Positions 1 through 9,188 of a stretch of 56,801 nt of DNA are shown here, piece after piece. The number at the start of each line of letters is the position of its first letter. The stretch's first letter is position 1. This stretch comes from an uncultured Acidimicrobiia bacterium. GTDB taxonomy: Bacteria; Actinomycetota; Acidimicrobiia; Spongiisociales; UBA4744. The DNA lies in contig CAZQMF010000005.1 of the NCBI GenBank assembly GCA_964594235.1, positions 1 to 56,801 of the forward strand, in the 5' to 3' direction. The notes beneath the pieces were generated by a model. The model did not search any database, was not told the origin of the DNA, and saw nothing but the letters and a program-made list of their open reading frames with translations. A program made the translations under genes and the position numbers.

Positions 1-24
1 GTCCCTGAGTCTCGAGACAAACGA

Positions 25-62
25 GGCCGCGTTCTCGCTGAAGACCGCGAGCGAATCGAGCT
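25..62. repeat. Heptamer-armed repeat family, partial copy E0 (cut by the window edge)
   Basis: GGCCGCGTTCTC-GCTGAAGACCG matches the inner inverted-repeat motif plus one heptamer of the other copies. The flank ACCGCGAGCG is shared with copy E5. Confidence 0.5.
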
Positions 63-1475
63 CTAGCCGATTGCGCCGGCTTCCGCCATGTTCAGCTCGA
101 TGAGACGGTTCAGCTCGACCGCATACTCCATGGGGAGTTCCCTGACAATGGGCTCGATGAACCCCGCGACGATCATCGACGTCGCCTGCTCCTCGGAGAG
201 CCCGCGGCTCATCAGATAGAAGAGCTTGTCCTCGCCAACCTTCGAGACGGTAGCCTCGTGGCCGATTTCGGCGTCGGACTCCTCGATCTCCATGTACGGG
301 TACGTGTCGGAACGTGATGCCTCGTCGAGGATCAACGCGTCGCAGCGAACGAACGACTTGGTGCGTTCCGCACCAGGCTCCACCCGGACGAGGCCCCGGT
401 AGCCCGCCCTGCCGCCACCTTTCGAGATCGATTTCGAGGTGATCGTCGAGGTCGTGCCGGAAGCGGCGTGCACCATCTTGGCTCCCGCGTCGAGGTGCTG
501 ACCCGGGCCTGCGAAGGCGATGGAGAGCACCTCGCCGTGGGCTCCCTCACCCATCATCCACACGGCCGGGTACTTCATCGTGAGCCGAGAACCCAGATTG
601 CCGTCGACCCATTCCATCGTCGCGTTCTCATAGGCAGCGGCCCGTTTGGTCACCAGGTTGTAGACGTTGTGGGACCAGTTCTGGATGGTCGTGTAGCGGC
701 ACCTGCCACCACGCTTGATGACGATTTCGACGACCGCCGCATGGAGCGAATTCTTCGAGTAGATCGGTGCGGAGCAGCCCTCCACGTAGTGCACGAACGC
801 GTCCTCATCGACGATGATGAGAGTCCGCTCGAACTGCCCCATGCTCTCGGCATTGATCCGGAAGTAGGCCTGCAGCGGCTGCTCGAGGTGCACCCCGGGC
901 GGCACGTAGATAAACGACCCGCCAGACCAGACCGCCGAGTTGAGGGCAGCGAACTTGTTGTCGTTGGGTGGAATGACCGTTCCGATGTACTCGCGGACAA
1001 TATCGGGATGCTCTCGCAGGGCCGTGTCCATGTCGGAGAAGAGCACACCGAGCCCCTCGAGCTCCTGCCTGTTGCGGTGGTAGACGACCTCCGAGTCGTA
1101 CTGGGCGCTCACACCCGCCAGGTATTTGCGTTCAGCTTCAGGGATGCCCAGCTTCTCGTAGGTCTGCTGAATCTCCTCGGGGACCATGTCCCAGTCCTCG
1201 ACGGTGCCCTCCGACGGCTTGATGTAGTAGTACATGTCGTCGAAGTCGATCTCCTCCAACAGCCCGCCGCCGCCCCATGTTGGAACGGGCTTGCGAAGAA
1301 AACGCTTGTAGGCGCGCAGACGGAACTCCAGCATCCACTCGGGCTCGCCCTTCATTGTGGACATTTCCCGGATCACGTCTTCGTCGAGTCCCTTGCGGGC
1401 CCTGAAGACCGTCTCTGCTCCGGAGTCGTGCCAGCCGAGTGAGTAGGCACTGAGATCGATATCGAGAGTCGCCAT
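63..1475 (-). CDS. sufB: Fe-S cluster assembly scaffold SufB
   Basis: Motifs [42 protein letters not shown]-like and [13 protein letters not shown]; 470 aa. Confidence 0.95.
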   Translation of the reverse strand: MATLDIDLSAYSLGWHDSGAETVFRARKGLDEDVIREMSTMKGEPEWMLEFRLRAYKRFLRKPVPTWGGGGLLEEIDFDDMYYYIKPSEGTVEDWDMVPEEIQQTYEKLGIPEAERKYLAGVSAQYDSEVVYHRNRQELEGLGVLFSDMDTALREHPDIVREYIGTVIPPNDNKFAALNSAVWSGGSFIYVPPGVHLEQPLQAYFRINAESMGQFERTLIIVDEDAFVHYVEGCSAPIYSKNSLHAAVVEIVIKRGGRCRYTTIQNWSHNVYNLVTKRAAAYENATMEWVDGNLGSRLTMKYPAVWMMGEGAHGEVLSIAFAGPGQHLDAGAKMVHAASGTTSTITSKSISKGGGRAGYRGLVRVEPGAERTKSFVRCDALILDEASRSDTYPYMEIEESDAEIGHEATVSKVGEDKLFYLMSRGLSEEQATSMIVAGFIEPIVRELPMEYAVELNRLIELNMAEAGAIG

Positions 1476-1488
1476 GTCGCACCTTTTC

Positions 1489-1504
1489 CACTATGTCGAT
1501 AGTG
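1489..1504. promoter_or_regulatory. 6-4-6 palindrome (candidate operator) just upstream of sufB
   Basis: CACTAT-GTCG-ATAGTG lies 14-29 nt upstream of the sufB ATG. It abuts a TATTAT -10-like hexamer on the minus strand (1510-1505). Confidence 0.35.
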
Positions 1505-1541
1505 ATAATAACAGAGGTCGGCACATGGGACCCTTGGCATG

Positions 1542-1571
1542 CGAGGAGCGGCCCCGCGGGGCCGCTCCTCG
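1542..1571. terminator. GC-rich hairpin, probable terminator of the upstream minus-strand gene
   Basis: Perfect 13-bp stem CGAGGAGCGGCCC / GGGCCGCTCCTCG, 16 nt past the stop at 1588. Confidence 0.6.
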
Positions 1572-1587
1572 ATCGAAGTGTCTCAGG

Positions 1588-2133
1588 CTACGAGTTCGAG
1601 TGGGGGTTGTGCGGGTTGGACCACCCCTTTGGCTGACCATCCTCGGTCTCTACGATCGACGTCTCGTCGCCGGCCTTGGGGCCCTTGCCGAAGCCGTCCT
1701 TTGCCGCCTGCTTCACGAGTTGTCCTCGTGGACCGTCGTACGACCCGAGTAGGGCCATCCCTTCAGGGCTCTTCAGCCAATGGACGAAACTCGACACGAA
1801 CGTGCCGTGATTCACCTGACCATTGGGTCCAGCAACGTCGAGGCAGACGGAAGTCGTATCTGTGCTCACGGGTGTGACCGTGCTTTCGAGCGTCGTGTCC
1901 AGGCACGGAGACGGCGGGTACGCGATATCGATCTCCGCCTGATTTCCCCAGAAGAGGACGAAGCTGATGAGCTCACCCGCGAACCCGAGGTTGAATGAGG
2001 TGTCGTAGCCGGGCGCGACCGTCGTTGGAGTGGTCGCTGTCTCGGTCCCCGGATCATCGGCGCTGGCGAGGCCGGCCATTGACACCACCATCGCCATCAC
2101 GAGGGTCACGACCCCCAGTCCTCTCAGTTTCAT
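1588..2133 (-). CDS. Secreted hypothetical protein
   Basis: Start re-set to MKLRGLGVV, with GGAG upstream. Signal peptide ends ...AGLASA/DD. Thr-rich linker, two Cys, coding-like codon bias. Confidence 0.75.
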   Translation of the reverse strand: MKLRGLGVVTLVMAMVVSMAGLASADDPGTETATTPTTVAPGYDTSFNLGFAGELISFVLFWGNQAEIDIAYPPSPCLDTTLESTVTPVSTDTTSVCLDVAGPNGQVNHGTFVSSFVHWLKSPEGMALLGSYDGPRGQLVKQAAKDGFGKGPKAGDETSIVETEDGQPKGWSNPHNPHSNS

Positions 2134-2213
2134 GTTCACTCCATTCTTCCTTACGAAGGACAAGTCTCGGCACGGGTCGAAACGTTACGCCACTCTCTGT
2201 GGTCACATGGCCA

Positions 2214-3992
2214 CTATACGTTGTTCTTCCCGATCCAGACCTCGTTGAGGTACGCGTAGTGCCCGCCGCCGGCGAGCAACTCAGAGTGGCTCCCCTGCTC
2301 GACGATTCGCCCACCGTCCATGACGATCACCCGATCTGCCCGCTGGGCAGTCGTCAAACGGTGGGCGATCACGATCGCCGTGCGCCTTTCGAGAAGATGA
2401 TCGAGCGCCGATTCGACCATCTCTTCCGTTTCCGGATCGAGGTTGGACGTTGCCTCGTCGAGTACGACCACCGCAGGGTTCGCAACGAACGCTCTCGCGA
2501 GCGCAACGAGCTGCCGTTCACCGGACGACAGCCGGCTCCCCCGCTCGCGGACATCCGTGTCGAGGCGCTCGGGAAGCGAGCGGACCCACTCGGCGATCCC
2601 CATCGATTCACAGATACGCCACAACTCCTCATCCGCTATGCCGGGCCTCGCGAATGACAGGTTCTCCCTCAAGGAGCCGGAGAAGAGAAAACCCTCCTGG
2701 GGAACCATCGAGAGCGACCGCCTGAGATCGCCCGACGACAGCTCACGCAGGTCCACGCCATCGAGAGCGATTCGACCCTCGGACGGATCGTAGAAGCGGA
2801 CGGCGAGCTTGGCGATGGTCGACTTGCCGGCACCTGTCTCACCCACAACGGCAATCCGCTCTCCGCAGCGGACCGTCAGATCGATGTCGTGGAGCACCGG
2901 CACATCGGGGCTGTAGCCAAAGGTCACGTGCTCGAAGACGATCTGGCCGCACGCGTCGTCCTGGATCGGAACCGGGACCTCGGCAATCGCGAGAGCAGGC
3001 TCCGTGTCGAGAATGCCAAACAGCTTGCCCAGTGCGGCCAAAGCAGCTTGGAGGAGGTTGTAGACATTCGAGAGCTGCACGATCGGGTCGAAGAAGTACC
3101 CGAGATAGAGGAGGAACGCGACGAGCGATCCGAAGCTCAGATCGCCGGCGAGCACGCGACGGCCCCCGAACAGAAGTACCAGCGCCGTGCCGACCGTCGA
3201 GATGAAGTCGACCGACGGGAAGTAGGAGGCAATGGCCCTGGCTGCCTGGAGGTTCGCTTCGAAGTACTTCTGGTTCACCCGACCGAACTCGAGGAGCTGC
3301 CTCCGCTCCTGCGTATAGGCCTGCACGACTCGGACACCCGAGATCCCCTCCTGAAGCGTCCCCAGCACTCGGCCGATCTGCTCCCTGATCGCTTCGTACG
3401 CCCGGTTCGCATAGGTGCGGAACACGATCGAGACGACGACCAGCGCCGGCAGCAATGTGAGGACAGTCCACGCGAGCCCGGTATCGATCGAGAACATGGC
3501 CACAGTCACACCGACCACCATCAGCACGCTCGTGATCACCGAGATCGCCCCTTGGTCTACGAACGCCGTCAGTGCTTCGACGTCGGACGTCATGCGAGAC
3601 ACCAGGACCCCGACCTTGGATCTCGAGAAGAACCCTACGTCGAGGCTCATCATGTGCCGGAAGACTCGTACCCGCATGCCCTGGAGATAGCGCTCACCCA
3701 CCGCGGCGACCTGATACACGGAGAACCTCTGCGTGAAGTACTGAGCGACAAGCACGACGAGGTAGGCGACTGTCGCTTCAACGACGACCCTGATGTCCCC
3801 GGACGTGACCCCATCGTCGATGCCGACGCGCAGAACGAGCGGCCCGGCGAGCCTGGCGAGCGTCGCGAGGAAGGTCAGGGCAAGCGCCCACAGGGCTGCG
3901 CCAAGGAGGGGCCGTCCATGCCTGGCTGCTCTGCGGATGAGGTGAAAGGGACGCTCGATCTTGTGATCGCCGCCGTAGCGCGCATACATCAT
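2214..3992 (-). CDS. ABC exporter, permease plus ATP-binding domain
   Basis: N-terminal TMD, Walker A GETGAGKST, signature LSSGERQ, Walker B VVLDEAT, switch IAHRL. Confidence 0.93.
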   Translation of the reverse strand: MMYARYGGDHKIERPFHLIRRAARHGRPLLGAALWALALTFLATLARLAGPLVLRVGIDDGVTSGDIRVVVEATVAYLVVLVAQYFTQRFSVYQVAAVGERYLQGMRVRVFRHMMSLDVGFFSRSKVGVLVSRMTSDVEALTAFVDQGAISVITSVLMVVGVTVAMFSIDTGLAWTVLTLLPALVVVSIVFRTYANRAYEAIREQIGRVLGTLQEGISGVRVVQAYTQERRQLLEFGRVNQKYFEANLQAARAIASYFPSVDFISTVGTALVLLFGGRRVLAGDLSFGSLVAFLLYLGYFFDPIVQLSNVYNLLQAALAALGKLFGILDTEPALAIAEVPVPIQDDACGQIVFEHVTFGYSPDVPVLHDIDLTVRCGERIAVVGETGAGKSTIAKLAVRFYDPSEGRIALDGVDLRELSSGDLRRSLSMVPQEGFLFSGSLRENLSFARPGIADEELWRICESMGIAEWVRSLPERLDTDVRERGSRLSSGERQLVALARAFVANPAVVVLDEATSNLDPETEEMVESALDHLLERRTAIVIAHRLTTAQRADRVIVMDGGRIVEQGSHSELLAGGGHYAYLNEVWIGKNNV

Positions 3993-5740
3993 GACGACGG
4001 CTCCGTCATCGTCTCGGCGAGTATCTGGCGGTACCGAGCGGACTCGACGAGGAGCCGCTCGTGTGTGCCGGACGCGATCACTCGCCCGTCGTCGAGCAAC
4101 AGCACATTGTCGGCGAGTGTCAAGGTGGATGTGCGATGGGCGATGATGATCGTCGTCCGGTCCTCCATCACTTCTTCGAGTGCATCTCTGATCTCGCGTT
4201 CGGTGATCGCATCGACCGACGAGGTTGCGTCGTCCAGAATCAGAATCCTCGGATCACGCAGGATCGCCCTCGCCAGAGCGATCCGCTGACGCTGTCCACC
4301 GCTGAGGCTGTAGCCTCGTTCGCCGACGACGGTGTCATAGCCATCGGCGAGTTGCGAGATGAATTCGTGCGCCTGGGCGAGACGCGCGGCGAGACGTACC
4401 TGTTCTTCGGTGGCGTCGGGCGCGCCGAACGCGATGTTCTCCCCGATGGTCGCCGAGAACAAGAATGGTTCTTCGAACACGAGGGCCACTTGGTTTCGAA
4501 GGTCGTCGATCCGGAGCCTGCGTACGTCGACGCCGTCGATGGTGACGGTTCCACTGTCCGGGTCGTAGAAGCGGGGCACAAGGTAGGCGAAGGTCGTTTT
4601 GCCGGATCCTGTTGATCCGACGAGCGCGACGGACGTGCCGGCGGGAATCGTCAGATCGACGTCACGCAGGACCGCAGACCCGTCCGGGTAGGCGAACGAG
4701 ACATGTTCCAGCCTGAGCATCCCCAGCCCGTCGGGAATGGCTACCGGGTGTTCGGGTGATGAGATGTCGGGGGCGGTGCGTAGCAGCTCCATCACTCTCG
4801 ATGCTGCTGCTGCCGACCTGGGCAGCTCGGCGAAGAACCAACCGGTGATCCGAAGCGGGAACATCAGCACGGCCATGTACTGAGTGAACGCGACGAAATC
4901 ACCGAGCGTCATCGAGCCCCCGATCACCCTGCTGCCTCCCACCGCCAACACGGCGGCCGTTGCGAGAGCCGGGATCAGCTCGAACATCGGCACGTAGACC
5001 GAACGAAGGTGGAGCATCTCCATGGTGCGGGAGTAGATGCGGTCGGCGCTCGCCGACAGACGCCCGACGACTGTGTCTTCCCGCCCATACGACTTGACGA
5101 CGCGCACGCCTGCGACCACCTCTTCAACCACTCGCGACAAGTCTGCGAGCCGTTGTTGCACTTCCCACGAGACGCCGAGGATGCGCGTCGCGTAGCGGTT
5201 GGCGAGTAGGAACAGCGCCGGTACGGATAGCGCGGCGATCACGCCAAGCACCGGGTCCAGCACGATGAGCATCACCACCACGATCACGGTGAGGGCAACG
5301 TTGGCGACGGTGATGGGCAACATCGAGAAGATCACCCGAACCTGCGAGAGGTCAGAGGAGGCACGAGCCATGAGTTCCCCGGTCGGGACCCTGTCGTGAA
5401 AGCTGAACGCGAGACGCTGGACATGTTCGAACAGCCGGTTCCTCAGATCGGTTTCGGCCCTATAGGCAAGGCTGAACGCGAAGAACCTCCGGCCGCCAAT
5501 GCCGAGTGCTTTCAGGAGACCGACTGCGACGATCAACCAGAACAACGGCACGAGGAGATCAGGTCGACTTCCGTCAATGGCCCTGTCCACGACGAGCTTC
5601 GTCAGGTAGGGGACGGCTGCGACCATCGACATCCAGAGGAGGGCGCTGCCGATCGAGAGTGCCGACGCCTTTCGGTACCGGAGGAGGGTTCTGCCGAGCA
5701 GGCCCATGCCCACTCTGACCGCGGGATCGCGAAGCGTCAT
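3989..5740 (-). CDS. ABC exporter, permease plus ATP-binding domain (partner of a probable heterodimer)
   Basis: GSTGSGKTT, LSGGQRQ, LILDDAT. The real start MTLRDP overlaps the upstream stop (ATGA); the extra 149 aa of the track ORF overlap the YihY gene. Confidence 0.92.
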   Translation of the reverse strand: MTLRDPAVRVGMGLLGRTLLRYRKASALSIGSALLWMSMVAAVPYLTKLVVDRAIDGSRPDLLVPLFWLIVAVGLLKALGIGGRRFFAFSLAYRAETDLRNRLFEHVQRLAFSFHDRVPTGELMARASSDLSQVRVIFSMLPITVANVALTVIVVVMLIVLDPVLGVIAALSVPALFLLANRYATRILGVSWEVQQRLADLSRVVEEVVAGVRVVKSYGREDTVVGRLSASADRIYSRTMEMLHLRSVYVPMFELIPALATAAVLAVGGSRVIGGSMTLGDFVAFTQYMAVLMFPLRITGWFFAELPRSAAAASRVMELLRTAPDISSPEHPVAIPDGLGMLRLEHVSFAYPDGSAVLRDVDLTIPAGTSVALVGSTGSGKTTFAYLVPRFYDPDSGTVTIDGVDVRRLRIDDLRNQVALVFEEPFLFSATIGENIAFGAPDATEEQVRLAARLAQAHEFISQLADGYDTVVGERGYSLSGGQRQRIALARAILRDPRILILDDATSSVDAITEREIRDALEEVMEDRTTIIIAHRTSTLTLADNVLLLDDGRVIASGTHERLLVESARYRQILAETMTEPSS

Positions 5741-6567
5741 CGGAGGCGACGACGCCGGGTGATCTCGGCGGAGACGGACGCGGTAAGGATGATCACATAG
5801 GCGATGATGTAGAGCCAGAGCAGCAACACGGCGAGAGTGAAGACCGCGAACGTCGCGCCGGGCGCTCCGCCACGCCAGTCGATGAACACCTGGAATGCGA
5901 GGGAGAATCCGACGATCCCCGCCGTGCTTGCCAGCGATGCCATAGCGATCCCCGGCAGGCGTCGCGGGGGCCCGTACCGGTAGAACAGCCAGAGGAAAGC
6001 AAGAACACCGACCGAGGCGATCGGGATCCTGAGCGACGACCAGACGGTATGAAGTCCGCTGATGCCCGTGATCGTCTCGAGTTGATCGGCAATGACGCCG
6101 CCGACGGGAATCAGCAGCATCGTGAGTGCGAACACGATGGCGCCGCCCATGGTGAGCATGATCGATACGAGCCTGACTTTCCACCACGGGCGGTCTTCCT
6201 CGAGTTCCTCGATCTGACGCAAGACGCGAATCAGGGTGAGTACGCCGCGAGAGGCGGACCAGCCGGCGACAAGGAGGCCGACGACGATGAATGCGCCCGT
6301 CCGGGAGGGCAGCACCTCAGCGACTCCGTTGATCACTTCGGCGATCTGTCTCGCCATGTCGGGCGGGAGTAGACCGGACAGCGCGGCCTCGGTCGCCTGT
6401 GCGTCCTTGCCGAACAGCGACGCGACGAGCAACAGCACGGCGGCGATCGGCACGAGCGCGAAGAACAGGTTGTAGGCGACCGCGGCCGCGAGAACGCTCG
6501 GTTCGGCGGAGCTGAAGCGTTTCATGAATCGGAACGCGGGTCGATGTTCGATGCGGTCGAGGTTCAC
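5737..6567 (-). CDS. YihY/virulence factor BrkB family membrane protein
   Basis: AAAVAYNLFFALVP, WSASRG, LFWLFYRYGP and about 6 hydrophobic helices. Confidence 0.85.
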   Translation of the reverse strand: MNLDRIEHRPAFRFMKRFSSAEPSVLAAAVAYNLFFALVPIAAVLLLVASLFGKDAQATEAALSGLLPPDMARQIAEVINGVAEVLPSRTGAFIVVGLLVAGWSASRGVLTLIRVLRQIEELEEDRPWWKVRLVSIMLTMGGAIVFALTMLLIPVGGVIADQLETITGISGLHTVWSSLRIPIASVGVLAFLWLFYRYGPPRRLPGIAMASLASTAGIVGFSLAFQVFIDWRGGAPGATFAVFTLAVLLLWLYIIAYVIILTASVSAEITRRRRLR

Positions 6568-6611
6568 CGGGGCAAGGTTAGAAGCACATGCCGCAGACCC
6601 GGCATATGCGG

Positions 6612-7046
6612 TCAGACGCGAAGGTGCTCGCGCACCCTGAACGTGATTCGCTGTGCCTCCACCCCGTCGATCGAGACAACGAACGAATACCCTCCTTCGC
6701 GCGGGAAGACGAGCCCATTGATGGTGAGCGCTCGAACGACCCCCACGTCCACACCGTCAGGGAGGCCACTGGGACGTCCGGACCGGAACTTCTGGGTGAT
6801 CGTCTTGCCTCCGAACACGCTGTGCCCGTCCTCATCGACGAGATCGACAGACAGGGTGAACTCGTTTTCGATCTGCGTCCATGGCACTCGGACACGCACG
6901 CCGACACCGAGACTCGGGTGTCGTGCCGGGAAACGTGCTGCATAGAGCGTGTCCCAGCCGCCGCCCAGCACGTACAGCTTGCCGGCGACCGCCTGCACGG
7001 CGTCCGCCAGGATGGCAACCTCGATCTCAGGGGCGAACAACGTCAT
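6612..7046 (-). CDS. Conserved hypothetical protein (DUF6941-like)
   Basis: LADAVQAVAGKLYVLGGGWD at the N-terminus and FPREGGYSFVVSIDG at the C-terminus resemble DUF6941 proteins; family name recalled from memory. Confidence 0.6.
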   Translation of the reverse strand: MTLFAPEIEVAILADAVQAVAGKLYVLGGGWDTLYAARFPARHPSLGVGVRVRVPWTQIENEFTLSVDLVDEDGHSVFGGKTITQKFRSGRPSGLPDGVDVGVVRALTINGLVFPREGGYSFVVSIDGVEAQRITFRVREHLRV

Positions 7047-7068
7047 GGGACAAGCCTAGGGCCCTAGG

Positions 7069-7173
7069 CAGTCTCCAGCTTCCAGCGGCCAGCCCGCGAT
7101 CGCGAGAGCTTGGCGCCCTCGGGGCGACCCTGCCGACTCTTGCTAGAGACTGAAGACTGAAGACTGAAGACTC
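7069..7173. repeat. Heptamer-armed repeat E1
   Basis: Left arm (CAGTCTC)(CAGCTTC)(CAGCGGC); right arm (CTAGAGA)(CTGAAGA)x3, complementary to the left. Flanked by GCCCTAGG at 7061 and 7183. Confidence 0.8.
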
Positions 7174-7198
7174 GCCCCACGAGCCCTAGGCTCTCCCC

Positions 7199-8800
7199 AT
7201 GGACTGGTACAAGGATGCGATCTTCTACGAAACCCACATCCGCTCCTTCTACGACTCGAACGGTGACGGCTTTGGCGACCTTCGGGGTCTGACCTCGAGA
7301 CTCGACTACCTGGTCGATCTCGGCATCACCGCCATCTGGCTCCTGCCCTTCTACCCGTCACCCCTCAGGGACGACGGGTACGACGTCGCCGATTACACGT
7401 CGATCGATCCGAGATACGGGACGATCGGCGACTTCACGGCTCTCCTCGCCGAGGCGCACCGACGGAACCTCAGAATCGTCACCGAGCTGATCGTCAACCA
7501 CACCTCCGATCAGCACCCGTGGTTCCAACGAGCACGACGTGCGCCGGTCGGTTCGATCGAACGGAACTTCTACGTGTGGAGCGACTCGCCGGACCGATAC
7601 CCCGACACACGCATCATCTTCACCGACAGCGAGGACTCGAACTGGGCATGGGATCAGATCGCAGGTGCCTACTACTGGCATCGATTCTTCTCCCATCAGC
7701 CGGATCTCAACTACGACAACCCTGCCGTTCGCCAGGCGGTGCTCGACGCGATGGACTTCTGGCTCGACCTCGGCGTCGACGGGTTGCGCCTGGATGCGGT
7801 CCCCTACCTGTATGAACGCGACGGCACCAACTGCGAGAACCTGCCCGAAACGCATGCCGAGCTGAAGCACATCCGCTCACACATGGACACGAAATATCGG
7901 GATCGAATGCTGCTCGCCGAGGCCAACCAGTGGCCCGGCGACGCGGTCGAGTACTTCGGGGAGGGTGACGAGAGCCACATGAACTACCACTTCCCGCTGA
8001 TGCCCCGCCTGTTCCTCGCGTTGGCACGCAGTGATCGGGGGCCTATCGAGTGGATCCTCGATCGCACTCCAGAGATCCCCACCTCGGCTCAGTGGGGCAT
8101 CTTCCTTCGGAACCACGATGAGCTGACCTTGGAGATGGTCACCGAGGAGGAGCGGGCCGAGATGTACGCCTTCTACGCCAGGGACCCTCGCGCCAAGCTC
8201 AACGTCGGTATCAGGAGGCGTCTCGCGCCGCTGCTCGACAATGATCCGCGGCGGCTCCGTCTCATGTTCTCCCTTCTGCTTGGTCTGCCCGGGAGCCCGT
8301 TCATCTACTACGGCGACGAACTTGGCATGGGTGACGATCTGAAGCTTCCCGACAGGGACGGCGTTCGGACCCCCATGCAGTGGGATGGATCCCGCAACGG
8401 CGGGTTCTCGACCTCGAGCGAGACGTTCGCCCCGATCATCGACGACGACGTGTTCGGGTATCGAGCGGTGAACGTGGCTGCGGCCGTCGGCGATGAGTCC
8501 TCACTGTGGCATTGGATTCGAAAGGCGATCGCGATCCGGCAGCGGCACCCGGCGTTCGGGCGGGGATCGGTCGAGTTCCTGCGTCCGTCGGACTCGGCGG
8601 TGCTCGCGTTTGCCCTCCACTACGAGCAGGACTCTGTGGTCGTCGTTGCGAATCTGTCCGACAGTGTCCGTCGCGCAGACGTTGGTGTCGAGGGGATCGA
8701 CGAGTTCAGTGGCACGAGGTACACAGGGCAACCGCTCGAGATCGAACCGTACGGCTACCGCTGGATCACTCGGCTTCCGGTGGGCGGCGAAGGCGCTTGA
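7199..8800 (+). CDS. treS: Trehalose synthase / maltose alpha-D-glucosyltransferase (GH13)
   Basis: WYKDAIFYE, YPSPLRDDGYD, FFSHQPDLN, GLRLDAVPY, LLAEANQW, FLRNHDELTLE, LNVGIRRRLAPL. Confidence 0.93.
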   Translation: MDWYKDAIFYETHIRSFYDSNGDGFGDLRGLTSRLDYLVDLGITAIWLLPFYPSPLRDDGYDVADYTSIDPRYGTIGDFTALLAEAHRRNLRIVTELIVNHTSDQHPWFQRARRAPVGSIERNFYVWSDSPDRYPDTRIIFTDSEDSNWAWDQIAGAYYWHRFFSHQPDLNYDNPAVRQAVLDAMDFWLDLGVDGLRLDAVPYLYERDGTNCENLPETHAELKHIRSHMDTKYRDRMLLAEANQWPGDAVEYFGEGDESHMNYHFPLMPRLFLALARSDRGPIEWILDRTPEIPTSAQWGIFLRNHDELTLEMVTEEERAEMYAFYARDPRAKLNVGIRRRLAPLLDNDPRRLRLMFSLLLGLPGSPFIYYGDELGMGDDLKLPDRDGVRTPMQWDGSRNGGFSTSSETFAPIIDDDVFGYRAVNVAAAVGDESSLWHWIRKAIAIRQRHPAFGRGSVEFLRPSDSAVLAFALHYEQDSVVVVANLSDSVRRADVGVEGIDEFSGTRYTGQPLEIEPYGYRWITRLPVGGEGA

Positions 8801-9188
8801 GGACTCCCCTCGCACGTTTCGCTTGGATACGCCGTCGGCGTGCCTCGGGGGGCGGTTTGGTCGGAACGCGAGGCGTCTCCTCGACCAGTGCCTCCCGGAG
8901 GGTTGCGACGAGTCGTCGTCTCGCCGTCTGACGGTTGCGCCATTGCGAGCGTTCCTCGTCGGCGCCGACAACCAGCATCCCGCCCTTCAGTGTGAGCCGT
9001 TCGACCAGCTTGCCTCTCGTCACCTCGTCGAACGCAACGGACGCGCCGACGTCGAACACCAACTCCACGCCGGTGTGCGAACGGTTCGCATGCTGACCTC
9101 CTGGACCGCCGGTTGTGCGAAACCGCCATACGAGCTCGTCGGCCGGGATCTCGATCTGCTCCGTGACGCGGAGTGGGTCACCGCTCAT
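8766..9188 (-). CDS. arfB: Alternative ribosome rescue peptidyl-tRNA hydrolase ArfB
   Basis: GGPGGQHAN (GGQ motif), ERSQWRNR, basic C-terminal tail PTKP...KRARG..KRLR. Confidence 0.88.
   Translation of the reverse strand: MSGDPLRVTEQIEIPADELVWRFRTTGGPGGQHANRSHTGVELVFDVGASVAFDEVTRGKLVERLTLKGGMLVVGADEERSQWRNRQTARRRLVATLREALVEETPRVPTKPPPEARRRRIQAKRARGVLKRLRRPPEAE

Noticed and set aside
891-900. CACCCCGGGC as an att-site duplicate of the tRNA-Leu 3' end
   Set aside because: Only 10 nt, inside the sufB coding sequence and in the wrong orientation; there is no integrase in the window.
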